A DNA stretch of 64,000 bases from an uncultured delta proteobacterium. Its GTDB lineage: Bacteria > Myxococcota_A > Polyangia > Palsa-1104. The stretch spans positions 159,739 to 223,738 of the forward strand of contig CAWAWS010000004.1 in assembly GCA_963785725.1 (NCBI GenBank), read 5' to 3'. The translations under genes and the position numbers were made by a program. The notes beneath the pieces are model-generated. The model was not told where the DNA came from, did no database searches, and saw only the letters and a list, made by a program, of their open reading frames with translations. Below, piece by piece: positions 41,550 to 50,749 of the stretch. Positions within the stretch are counted from its first letter, which is position 1, and the number at the start of each line of letters is the position of its first letter.

Positions 41550-43396
41550 GACTGCTTCTCCTTCTTGAGCTGCTTGCCGCCGCGGCGGCGCGTGACGAAA
41601 TAGCCGAGCGCGAGCACCAGCGCCGGCATGAAGAACGACGAGCCGTAGAACCACACCTGATCCTGCTTCTTCGTATGTACGATCGGGACGTCGTTCTCGC
41701 TCGAGACTTCGCCGGTGATGCCCTCTTCGCCGATGAGCCACTTCATGCCGTCGAGCGCGAACGCGGGATTGCCGGCGACGTCGATGACGCCGTCGCTGAG
41801 CAGATCGCTGTCGGCGACGGCGATGGCGCGTCCTTCGTCCTTCTTGTCCTTGTCCGTGCCCTTTTTCGTGACGGCGAGGGCGAGCGGCCACTGCTTGCGC
41901 TGCTCGGCCGGCGGATCGAACGCGAAGTTGCCGTTGAGGTCGGCCCACGTCGACGCGTGCGACTTCACCGTCGCGTCCGAGCTGACATGCGCCGGCTTGT
42001 CCTTCAGCTCCTCGTAATGGCCGGCGCCGACGAGCACCAGCGGCGCCCGCGAGCCCAAGCGACCGAGCGTCGTCACCGACGGATGCGACGAATACGTCGC
42101 CGTCATGATGTTGGCGCGATCGCTGATCTGATTCGTCCGCCGCGCGAACGCCTGATCCGTCACCATCACCACCGGCACGTACTTGATGCCGAGATGCGCC
42201 AGCAGCTCCTTCTCGTCGACGCCCGCGTCCGGCTCGAGCGCGATCAAGAGCCGCCCGCCGCGATCGAAGTAGCGCTGCAGCGCCGCCGACTCTTCCGCCA
42301 GCAGCGGCTTTTGCGGCCCGATCAGCACCGCCACCGTCGCATCCGCGGGCAGATCTTGCGCCAAACCCTCGGCCGCGCCGAACGACTTGATGTTGTAACC
42401 CTGCGACGAGAGCATCTCCTTGAGCGATCGCAACGTCGGCCGCTTGTCGCTGTCGCCGCCCGGCTCGAAGCTGCGCTCGCCGTGGCCGGTCACGAAATAG
42501 ACCGTCCGCGGCGGCCGCGCCACCTTCAACAGGCGCGTCTGCACGTCTTTGTCGAGGTTGCGCAGCTGATTGCGCGCGCCTTCCAGCTCGAGGCCCACCG
42601 ACATCGGCTCTTTGTGCCCGCCGCGGTTGACGACGATCGTGCCGTTGGCGCTGACCCCGAGCTCCTTGGCCTTCGTCACGTCGACGTCGTGGTCGTAGCT
42701 CTGCACCTCGAGCAGCTTCGACTCTTTTTGCAGATCCTCGAAGTAGCCGAGCACCTGTTCGCGCACTTCGTTCGACGGCGGGAAGAACAGCGACACTTGC
42801 ACCGGCTGATCCATCGTCGCGATGATCTTGCGCGTCGACTCACCCGGCTTGGCCGTGCGGAAGTAGCTGAGATCGACCTTCTTGTCGCGCTCCGACGCCA
42901 CGTAGGTCAGCGCGAACGCGAACACCAGCGCGCCCGCCAAGCCGACGCCCGACCACAGCGCGTCGCGAATGCGCGCCAGCTCCAGCTTCGGCGCGCGCGC
43001 GACGTTGGCGTAGCTGAACTCCGACATGAAGATCGGCAGCGCCGCGAACAGCCACACGGCCGGCCACAACGCCGCCAGCACCGTCGACAGCTTCGGCCAG
43101 TCGTGCTCGAGCGGATGGCCCAGCACCGTCGACGACAAGTCCGACTGCGCGATATAGAGCGCGACCGCGACGAGGCCGAGCGTGTACAGCGCGAGCAGCA
43201 TGCGCTCGACGGCACGGCGCTCGACGTCCGCTTGCCGCGTGCGCGCCGCGCGAATGGCGATGGCCGCGCCGATGACCGCGACGCCGACGGCCGTGAGCGC
43301 GCGCCCGGGGCCGGCGCCATAGATGCGCTCGCCAACGAACACGAACAGCATGCCGACGAAATAGACGGTAGAGACGAACCAACTCGGGCGCGACAT
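41546..43396 (-). CDS. GldG-like ABC auxiliary component
   Basis: N-terminal TMs; DLS, VYFVTGHGE, GPQKPL...GGRLLI, ADSD; C-terminal TM. Confidence 0.82.
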   Translation of the reverse strand: MSRPSWFVSTVYFVGMLFVFVGERIYGAGPGRALTAVGVAVIGAAIAIRAARTRQADVERRAVERMLLALYTLGLVAVALYIAQSDLSSTVLGHPLEHDWPKLSTVLAALWPAVWLFAALPIFMSEFSYANVARAPKLELARIRDALWSGVGLAGALVFAFALTYVASERDKKVDLSYFRTAKPGESTRKIIATMDQPVQVSLFFPPSNEVREQVLGYFEDLQKESKLLEVQSYDHDVDVTKAKELGVSANGTIVVNRGGHKEPMSVGLELEGARNQLRNLDKDVQTRLLKVARPPRTVYFVTGHGERSFEPGGDSDKRPTLRSLKEMLSSQGYNIKSFGAAEGLAQDLPADATVAVLIGPQKPLLAEESAALQRYFDRGGRLLIALEPDAGVDEKELLAHLGIKYVPVVMVTDQAFARRTNQISDRANIMTATYSSHPSVTTLGRLGSRAPLVLVGAGHYEELKDKPAHVSSDATVKSHASTWADLNGNFAFDPPAEQRKQWPLALAVTKKGTDKDKKDEGRAIAVADSDLLSDGVIDVAGNPAFALDGMKWLIGEEGITGEVSSENDVPIVHTKKQDQVWFYGSSFFMPALVLALGYFVTRRRGGKQLKKEKQS

Positions 43397-44118
43397 CAGC
43401 GCCACCTCCGGGCTTCGACCACGCGCGTGGCCGCGAACAGCGCGACGTAAGTAATCGCCAAGTAGTAGACGACGTCGCGCAGATGAATGATCCCCGACTG
43501 GAACGGCGGAAAGTGCATGTTCCACAAGGCCAAGCTCTCGAAGATGCTCGACAGCGGCCGCTCCGTCACGCGCCCAATCCACCACGACACGAGCAGGCTC
43601 ACCACCATCACCGCCGACAAGATGACGCTCAAGATCTGCGAGCGCGTCAGCGCCGAGCCGAGGGTGCCGACGGCGATCGTGGCCGCGCCCAGCAGCAAGA
43701 GGCCGACATAGCCGGCGAAGACGTGGCCGAAGCTGATCTTGCCCGCCGTCATGAGCAGGAGCGGCAGGTACAGCGACGCCAGCAGCATCACCGAGAGGAA
43801 CGCGAACGCCGACAAGAACTTGCCGGCGACGATCTCGCCGTCACGAATCGGCGACGAGTAGAGCAGGTTGACCGTGCCCGCTTCGCGTTCGGCGGCGAGC
43901 AGGCGCATGGCGATGAACAGGGATGCGATGATGGTCACGCCGCTCGAGAAGAAGAAGAACTGCGACAGGACGTCGGTCGTCTTCTTGTCGGTGCCCATCG
44001 CGAAGGCGTTGAAGAGCAGGCCGTCGACGAAGAGGACGGTGGCGATGATGATCCAGCCCGTCCAAGTCCTAAAGTAGTTGCCCAGCTCGCGGCGGGCGAT
44101 CAAGAGCGCGGCGTTCAT
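43396..44118 (-). CDS. ABC-2 permease (GldF-like)
   Basis: IARRELGNYF, MRLLAAEREAGT.NLLYSSP, GKFL. Confidence 0.88.
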   Translation of the reverse strand: MNAALLIARRELGNYFRTWTGWIIIATVLFVDGLLFNAFAMGTDKKTTDVLSQFFFFSSGVTIIASLFIAMRLLAAEREAGTVNLLYSSPIRDGEIVAGKFLSAFAFLSVMLLASLYLPLLLMTAGKISFGHVFAGYVGLLLLGAATIAVGTLGSALTRSQILSVILSAVMVVSLLVSWWIGRVTERPLSSIFESLALWNMHFPPFQSGIIHLRDVVYYLAITYVALFAATRVVEARRWR

Positions 44119-45050
44119 GCGTGCCTCGTCTGCGTCAGCTTCATGAAGATCGACTCCAGCTGCAAAGCGCCGCGATCGACGCGCAACACGTCGACGTTGG
44201 CCTGCACCAGCGCGCGCACCAGCTGCGGCCGCAGCTCGGCCGCCGCCTGCACGCGTATATGCGGCGCGCCCGCCTCGTTCGCGGTGGCGCGCACGATCTC
44301 GACCTGCTTGACGCCCGTCACCGCGCTCAGCGCCGTCTTGGCCGTCTCGACATTGCCCACGATCTCGATATCCACCGTCACCACCGAGCTCTGCGCCAGC
44401 TCCGCTTCCGAGCCTTGCGCGACCAGCGTTCCCTCGTTGATGACCAAGAACCGGTCACACGTTTGCGAAATTTCCGACAAGATGTGACTCGACAACAGGA
44501 TCGTGTGTTGCCCGCGCAAATCCTTGATGAGCTTGCGCATCTCCACGATCTGCACCGGGTCGAGCCCGCTGGTCGGCTCGTCGAGGATGAGCAGCTGCGG
44601 GTTGTGCACCATCGCCTGCGCCAGGCCGACGCGCTGCCGATAACCGTGCGACAGCGTGCCCACGACTTGGTCATGCACGTCGACGAGCGCCGTCTTCTCC
44701 TCGACCTCGCGCACGCGCTTGCTGACATCGGCCGCGGCCACGCCGCGCAATTGCGCGACGAACGCCAAGTAGCCGCCGACCGTCATCTCGTTGTAGAGCG
44801 GCGGCACGTCGGGCAAAAAGCCGATGCGCTTGCGCACTTCGTGCGGCTGGGTCGCCAGATCGAGCCCGTCGATGCGCACCTGCCCGGCCGTCGGCAGCAG
44901 CACGCAGCCGAGGACGCGCAGCGTCGTCGACTTACCGGCGCCGTTGAGGCCGAGGAAACCGATGACCTCGCCCTTTTGGATGTTGAACGACAAATCGCGG
45001 ATGGCCGCGTGCTCGCCGTAGTATTTGGTCAATCCCTGTACTTCGATCAT
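44115..45050 (-). CDS. ABC transporter ATP-binding protein (GldA-like)
   Basis: GLNGAGKST, LSHGYRQRVG, LDEPTSGLDP. Confidence 0.92.
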   Translation of the reverse strand: MIEVQGLTKYYGEHAAIRDLSFNIQKGEVIGFLGLNGAGKSTTLRVLGCVLLPTAGQVRIDGLDLATQPHEVRKRIGFLPDVPPLYNEMTVGGYLAFVAQLRGVAAADVSKRVREVEEKTALVDVHDQVVGTLSHGYRQRVGLAQAMVHNPQLLILDEPTSGLDPVQIVEMRKLIKDLRGQHTILLSSHILSEISQTCDRFLVINEGTLVAQGSEAELAQSSVVTVDIEIVGNVETAKTALSAVTGVKQVEIVRATANEAGAPHIRVQAAAELRPQLVRALVQANVDVLRVDRGALQLESIFMKLTQTRHA

Positions 45051-45105
45051 CGGGCGGAAACGTATGGCCATTGCCCGGGGGTGCGTCAAGAGGTAAAGTC
45101 CGCGC

Positions 45106-45489
45106 GTGTCTTCCGTTGTGACGCGCGGCATTCGCGTGACCGTTCGCAGTCAGTACATTCCCGAGCGCTCGTCGCCCAAGGCGGGCCAATACGCGTTCGC
45201 TTACACCGTGCGCATCGCCAACGAAGGTGACGACACGGCGCAGCTCAAGACGCGCCACTGGATCATCACCGACGCCGACGGCAAAGTGCAGGAGGTGCGC
45301 GGCGACGGCGTCGTCGGCGAGAAGCCGCTGCTCAAGCCCGGCCAGGCCTTCGAGTACACGAGCTGGTGCATGTTGGCGACGCCGCACGGCAGCATGCGCG
45401 GCACGTATCAGATGGTGCGTCCGACGGGCGAAGCGTTCGACGCGCAAGTCGCGCCGTTCGCGCTGGCGCTGCCGTATTCGCTGAATTAG
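45106..45489 (+). CDS. apaG: ApaG protein
   Basis: YAFAYTVRIAN, RHWIITD, VRGDGVVGEKP, GSMRGTY. Confidence 0.95.
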   Translation: MSSVVTRGIRVTVRSQYIPERSSPKAGQYAFAYTVRIANEGDDTAQLKTRHWIITDADGKVQEVRGDGVVGEKPLLKPGQAFEYTSWCMLATPHGSMRGTYQMVRPTGEAFDAQVAPFALALPYSLN

Positions 45490-45662
45490 CGCGCGTCGCC
45501 GGCGTTCGCACTGGCGCTGCCGTATTCGTCGAATTCGCGCGCGCAGTCGCCGGCGCTCGCGTTCGCGCTGCCGCATTCGCTGAATTCGCACGCGCAGTCG
45601 CCGGCGCTCGTTTTGCGCTGCCGTATTCGTCGAATTCGCGCGCGCAGTCGCCGGCGCTCGCG
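45442..45662 (+). repeat. Degenerate repeat of about 50 bp reiterating the apaG 3' end (about 4 copies)
   Basis: GCGCTGCCG(T/C)ATTCG(CT/TC)GAATT occurs in apaG and three more times downstream. Confidence 0.85.
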
Positions 45663-45663
45663 G

Positions 45664-46872
45664 TCAGCCCGTCGTGACTGGCGCCTCGTAGCGCGGCAGC
45701 TTCGGCGCGTGCGCGCGCGTCGGCGGCAACAGACGCCGCAGCCGCACCAGCTGCGCCACGACGCGCACGATCCGATCGCGCGCCGCGATGCCCAGCCGCG
45801 AGCTCGGCACCAGGTGCGCCGCGCCCGCGTGCACCAGCCGCTGGCCGAGCCGCACCGGCCGTCGCAGATGCGCCTCGTAACGCGCGAATGCCACGTCGTG
45901 AGCGCCGTTCGCAGCCAAGAGCTCGCCCGCCAACGTGTACGCGCCCAGCATCGCCAGCGACGTCCCTTGTCCCGACAAGAGCGCCGGCGCGTGCGCGGCA
46001 TCCCCGACGAGCACGACGCGGCCGCGCGACCAGCCGCGCATGCGAATCTGGCTCACGGCGTCGAAGTAGAAGTCGGGCGCGCTCGTGATCTGCGCCAGCA
46101 GCGCCTGCGTCTGCCAGGCGGCGTCGGGAAACTGCGCGCGCACGAGCGCCTTCTGCGCCGTCGTATCGCGCGGATCGAACGGCAGCTGCGCCGCATGCCG
46201 AAACACGAAGATGCCGGTCGCGCGCCCGCGATAGTTATAAATACCCGCCATTCGTCCGGGCTCGTTGTGCTGCAGGTACTGCTCGGGCTCGCCCAGCGCC
46301 GGATCGACCGTCGCCGCCGCCACGTAAAACCCGAGATGACGCGTGAACTCGGCCTCGCGTCCGAACGCCAAGCGGCGCACGTTCGAGTGCAGCCCGTCGG
46401 CGCCGACGACGAGGTCGAACCGCCGGCGGTCGCCGCGCTCGAACGTGACGTTGACGCCCGCGTCATCTTCGTCGATCGCGGCGATGGAGTCGTCCCACCG
46501 ATAGTCGACGTCGTTGCGCGTGGCTTCGTAGAGGATGCGCACGAGATCGCCGCGCGGCAGCTCGAGGTCGCGATGCGCGTCGCCGTCGCGCGGCGCGGTC
46601 GTGTCGATGGTGGCCGTGCGTCGGCCGGCGGCGTCGACGAAGCCGATGGCGGTCGTGGCGATGGCGGCCGCGCGCAGCGACGCGCCGAGCCCCATGCGAT
46701 CGGCGATGACGACGGCGGCGCCGCGCACGTCGATGGGATAGCCGCCGTCGCGCGGTCGCGCCGCGCGCTCGACGATGACCGGCGTGAATCCGTGGCGCAC
46801 CAGCCACCAGCCGAGCATCGGCCCGGCGACGCTGGCACCGGAAATGAGGACGTGACGGTTGCGTAGCGGCAT
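45664..46872 (-). CDS. FAD-dependent monooxygenase
   Basis: ISGASVAG, DLVVGADGLHS, LVGDAAH..LSGQGTSLA. Confidence 0.9.
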   Translation of the reverse strand: MPLRNRHVLISGASVAGPMLGWWLVRHGFTPVIVERAARPRDGGYPIDVRGAAVVIADRMGLGASLRAAAIATTAIGFVDAAGRRTATIDTTAPRDGDAHRDLELPRGDLVRILYEATRNDVDYRWDDSIAAIDEDDAGVNVTFERGDRRRFDLVVGADGLHSNVRRLAFGREAEFTRHLGFYVAAATVDPALGEPEQYLQHNEPGRMAGIYNYRGRATGIFVFRHAAQLPFDPRDTTAQKALVRAQFPDAAWQTQALLAQITSAPDFYFDAVSQIRMRGWSRGRVVLVGDAAHAPALLSGQGTSLAMLGAYTLAGELLAANGAHDVAFARYEAHLRRPVRLGQRLVHAGAAHLVPSSRLGIAARDRIVRVVAQLVRLRRLLPPTRAHAPKLPRYEAPVTTG

Positions 46873-46902
46873 GGCGCGCTCCTGCGTTGTGTTGGGATTG
46901 TC

Positions 46903-46950
46903 CTGACCATCGGTCAGTAGATTCACCGTAACTCCTGACCTCGGGTCAGG
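46903..46950. promoter_or_regulatory. Two TetR-type operator palindromes between the divergent genes
   Basis: CTGACC-ATC-GGTCAG (46903-46917) and CCTGACC-TCG-GGTCAGG (46934-46950). Confidence 0.75.
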
Positions 46951-46969
46951 CAAGTGCTATCGTGCGGTC

Positions 46970-47866
46970 GTGCCCGATCCACTGAACGACACGACCGCAC
47001 CTTCGACGCGACTGCGCATCCTCGCGACCGCGCGTCAGCTGTTTGGCGAATACGGCTACCAAAATACGTCGCTGCGCCAGATCGCCGAGCAGCTGCAGCT
47101 GACGAAGACCGCGGTGCTCTACCACTTTCCGACCAAGGCGCACCTCATCGAGGCGCTGGCCGAGCCGCTGGTGAACGATCTGTCGCGCGCGCTGGACGAA
47201 GCTGTCTCATATGATTTTGAGACAGTGCGCTGGCAGGTGTGCACGGGCTTTCTCGACGTCTATCTGGCCCATCGCCAGTCGCTGCAGCTGTTGCTACGCG
47301 ATCTGGCGCTGTTCGCGCGCGCACCGATGTTCGACCGCTTCGTCGCCGTCACGACGGAGGCCAACCGCCGCGTCGCCGGTCCGCGGCCCGACTTGGCGGC
47401 GCGCGTGCGAGCGGCGCAAGCGATCGCCATGCTCAGCGATCCGGTGATCCTGCTCGCCGACGCGCCGACGCCCACACTGCGCCGTGAAGTGCTCTCCGGC
47501 CTGGCGCGACTCTTGGGTCCGCCGCCCCTCGATTTCACGGACGATCGCACGATCGACGCGCCCGACGAACGCAGCGCTGCGCGTCCCGACAGTCGCAGTC
47601 CAGCGCGCGCGGACCATCCCGACAGCCGCAGTCCAGCGCGCGCGGCCCCGCGCGGCGATCGCGGCGGTGGCGCCGGTCAGCGTCGCGACCGCGCTGCCGT
47701 CGAATACGGCCGACCGTCGCAGAAGCGCGCGGTCGGCCGTCCGACCGCGATGAGCCCCGAGCTCGTCGCCGCCGCGCACCGCTTGCGGCGCGGCGGCAAG
47801 CACACGATGGCGCAGATCGCGGCGCAGCTCGGCGTCTCGCGCGCCACGCTCTATCGTTATTTTTGA
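46970..47866 (+). CDS. TetR family regulator with an extra C-terminal Hin/resolvase-type HTH
   Basis: N-terminal GYQNTSLRQIAEQLQLTKTAVLYHFPTK; C-terminal GRPTAM...IAAQLGVSRATLYRYF; 33-bp duplication in the linker. Confidence 0.88.
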   Translation: MPDPLNDTTAPSTRLRILATARQLFGEYGYQNTSLRQIAEQLQLTKTAVLYHFPTKAHLIEALAEPLVNDLSRALDEAVSYDFETVRWQVCTGFLDVYLAHRQSLQLLLRDLALFARAPMFDRFVAVTTEANRRVAGPRPDLAARVRAAQAIAMLSDPVILLADAPTPTLRREVLSGLARLLGPPPLDFTDDRTIDAPDERSAARPDSRSPARADHPDSRSPARAAPRGDRGGGAGQRRDRAAVEYGRPSQKRAVGRPTAMSPELVAAAHRLRRGGKHTMAQIAAQLGVSRATLYRYF

Positions 47867-47940
47867 GACATGATGAGACAGTGTCGCAAATCCCACGGCG
47901 ACAGGCGTTTACGAGGCTGGATCGGCTGGAGCTGCGCGGC

Positions 47941-48083
47941 CGGCGGCGACTGCGTCACGCCGGCGCGCGCAGGTGTCGGCGGTGACTGCGTCAGGCCGGC
48001 GCGCAGGTGGTCGGCGGCGACTGTGCGTCAGGCCGGCGCGCGCAGGTGGTCGGCGGCGACTGCGTCACGCCGGCGCGCGCAGG
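47941..48083 (-). repeat. Degenerate 35-39-bp repeat reiterating the metallophosphoesterase 3' end (4 copies)
   Basis: CGGCGGCGACTGCGTCA(C/G)GCCGGCGCGCGCAGG-like units at 47941, 47977, 48012, 48051. Confidence 0.88.
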
Positions 48084-49213
48084 CGAATGCGCGTAATCTC
48101 CGACGGCGCGCCGAGTCGCATCGGCGGTCCCCAATAGCCGGTGCCGCGGCTGACGTAGATCTGCGTGTCCTTGTGCTTGGCCAGGCCGGCGACGAACGGC
48201 TGCTGCAGATAGACCGCGAAGTTCCACGGCCAAATCTGCCCGCCGTGCGTGTGACCCGAGAGCTGCAGGCCGACGCCGTGCGCCGCCGCCGTCGTGATCG
48301 CGCGCGGCTGATGCGCCATGAGCACGAGCGCATGCTTGTCGTCGCGACCGGAGAGCGCGCGCGGCAAGTCGGGGCCGTGGCCGGGCACGCCTTTGGCGCT
48401 GACGTCGTCGATGCCGGCCAAGTCGAGCCCGTCGGCGAGCGCGACCCGCTCGTTGCGCAGGACGCGCACGTCGAGCGTCGTCAGGTGCGCCAGCCACTCG
48501 TCGACGCCGGCGTAATATTCGTGGTTGCCGGTGACGAAGAAGACGCCCTTCTTCGCGCGTAAATTGGCGAGCGGCGCGATCGCCTGGCGCAGCTCGGCGA
48601 CGCTGCCGTCGACCAAGTCGCCGGTGATGGCGATGACGTCGGGTGAAAGCTCGTTGGTGCGCGCGACGACGTCTTGCAGGAAGTCGTGCCCGATGGTCGG
48701 GCCGACGTGCACGTCGGTGAGCTGCACGATCGTGAAGCCGTCGAGCGCGCGCGGCAGCTTGGCGAGCGTGACCTCGACCTCGTGCACTTTCGGGCCGCGC
48801 GTGCCTTCGCGCACGGCCAGCGCGCCCAAGCCGGCCGCCACCGTCGCCGCCGCGGCGCCGAGCGCGCGCTTGAACAAGAGGCGCCGCTCGGGATCGTCGC
48901 TGCCGCCGCCGAAATGCAGCGCCAGCCGCACGACGTCGGCGGCCACCAGCACCAGCGGCAGGATGATCAGCATGCCCATCCAGATGAACGCCGGCCAGGC
49001 CAAGCGACGACCGAGATAGGAGTGCGTGCGCCACAAGATCATCGTCAGCGGCATCGACAGGCCGAGCAGCCACAAGAGGCCCGTCGCCAGGCCGCGCCAG
49101 GGCGGCGGCAGCGCCGTGTCACGGACGAGCCGCGCCCAGAAGTAGTAGTGCAGACCGCCGATGAACGAGAGGGCGAAGACGAAGAAGAACGCGATACCAC
49201 CGATACGCGACAT
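48065..49213 (-). CDS. Membrane-bound metallophosphoesterase
   Basis: TDVH, TGDLVD, GNHE, AHQP, SGHTHGGQ. Confidence 0.93.
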   Translation of the reverse strand: MSRIGGIAFFFVFALSFIGGLHYYFWARLVRDTALPPPWRGLATGLLWLLGLSMPLTMILWRTHSYLGRRLAWPAFIWMGMLIILPLVLVAADVVRLALHFGGGSDDPERRLLFKRALGAAAATVAAGLGALAVREGTRGPKVHEVEVTLAKLPRALDGFTIVQLTDVHVGPTIGHDFLQDVVARTNELSPDVIAITGDLVDGSVAELRQAIAPLANLRAKKGVFFVTGNHEYYAGVDEWLAHLTTLDVRVLRNERVALADGLDLAGIDDVSAKGVPGHGPDLPRALSGRDDKHALVLMAHQPRAITTAAAHGVGLQLSGHTHGGQIWPWNFAVYLQQPFVAGLAKHKDTQIYVSRGTGYWGPPMRLGAPSEITRIRLRAPA

Positions 49214-49247
49214 CCCGACTATGATGCGCGATGTTTGGTCGAAAGTC

Positions 49248-50654
49248 TCACGCGGCCGTGGGCGTGTCGCGGCGCGCCGCAGCGCCGCCGGCCGCGCTCT
49301 CGCCCGCCGCCGCGTCGGCGCGCGCGTCGCCGATGGAGCGCGCTTCCGACGGTATTTCGCCGAGAAATTGCTCTTTGGCCGCCGGTCCCGTGATGAGCCG
49401 CGCGCCGCGCTGGAAGGTCAAATAGGCCCAGGCCCACTCGATGAGCACGAGGATGCGGTTGCGAAAGCCGACGAGAAACAGCACGTGGATGAACAGCCAC
49501 GTCAGCCACGCCGGCGCGCCCCACAACTTGAGACCGCCGGGCAGCTCGGCGATCGCTTTCCGCCGTCCGATCGTCGCCAGCGCGCCTTTGTTGAAGTATT
49601 TGAACGGGTGGCCGAACACCGGCTTGTCGTGCAGCAAATCCTCGATCAAGCCGGCGACATACGCGCCCTCTTGCATCGCCGCCGGCGCGACGCCGGGCAC
49701 GAGGTGACCCTTGTCGTCGTGCACGGCGGCCAAGTCGCCGATGACGAAGATGCGCTCGTAGCCGGGCGCGTTCAGCGTCGGCGTGACGAGCACGCGGCCG
49801 GCTTTGTCGAGCGGCACGCCCAGCGACTTCGCCAACGGTGACGCCGCCACGCCCGCGCCCCACAAGACCGTGCGCGCCGTGAGGTGCTCTCCGGCGACGG
49901 TGACGCCGGTGGCGTCGATGGCGCTGACCTGCTTGTTGGTGCGCACGTCGACGCCGAGCTTGCGCAGCTGCTGCGCCGCTTTCTCGCGCAATTCGGGCGC
50001 GTACGACGCCAACAGATTGGGCGAGCCTTCGAGCAGGATGACGCGCGCCGCCGCCGGATCGATGCGGCGGAAGTCGCGCTTGAGGCTGGTGAACGAGACC
50101 TCGGCGATCGCGCCCGCGAGCTCCACGCCCGTCGGACCGCCGCCGACGACGACGAACGTCAGCCACGCCTGCTGCACCGCCGGATCTTCGGCGCGCTCGG
50201 CCTCCTCGAACGCCGACAGGATGCGCTTGCGGATCTCGATCGCGTCTTCCAGCGTCTTCAGCCCCGGCGCGCGCGCTTGCCACTCGTCGTGCCCGAAGTA
50301 CGAATGCGTCGCGCCCGTCGCCACGACCAAGTAGTCGAAGGGAATCGGCTTGCCGTCGGCGACGCGCACTTGGCGGCCGGGCGCGTCGATGGCCGTCACC
50401 TCCGCCAGCAGCACCTCGACGTTCGACTGCTTGCGCAAGATCGAGCGAATCGGCTGCGCGATGTCCGACGCGTTCAGCGCCGCCGTCGCCACTTGATAGA
50501 GCAGCGGCTGAAACAGGTGATGATTGCGCCGATCGAGCAGCGTCACCTGCACCGGCAGCTTCGCCAAGGCGCGCGCGCAATAGAGGCCGCCGAAGCCGCC
50601 GCCGATGATGACCACACGCGGACGCGCATTTTCGCTCGGGCTCATGTCACTCAT
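49248..50654 (-). CDS. ndh: Type II NADH dehydrogenase family FAD oxidoreductase
   Basis: IGGGFGG, FQPLLYQVAT, VVGGGPTGVELAG, IGD. Confidence 0.9.
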   Translation of the reverse strand: MSDMSPSENARPRVVIIGGGFGGLYCARALAKLPVQVTLLDRRNHHLFQPLLYQVATAALNASDIAQPIRSILRKQSNVEVLLAEVTAIDAPGRQVRVADGKPIPFDYLVVATGATHSYFGHDEWQARAPGLKTLEDAIEIRKRILSAFEEAERAEDPAVQQAWLTFVVVGGGPTGVELAGAIAEVSFTSLKRDFRRIDPAAARVILLEGSPNLLASYAPELREKAAQQLRKLGVDVRTNKQVSAIDATGVTVAGEHLTARTVLWGAGVAASPLAKSLGVPLDKAGRVLVTPTLNAPGYERIFVIGDLAAVHDDKGHLVPGVAPAAMQEGAYVAGLIEDLLHDKPVFGHPFKYFNKGALATIGRRKAIAELPGGLKLWGAPAWLTWLFIHVLFLVGFRNRILVLIEWAWAYLTFQRGARLITGPAAKEQFLGEIPSEARSIGDARADAAAGESAAGGAAARRDTPTAA

Positions 50655-50749
50655 ATAATGACGCAGGACGTCGAATGCCAGCCATGCCCGCTCGCCGTGA
50701 GGCCGAGCGGTGGGGTTGTCGTGCGGATGAGGCGAGCGACGGCGAACGC

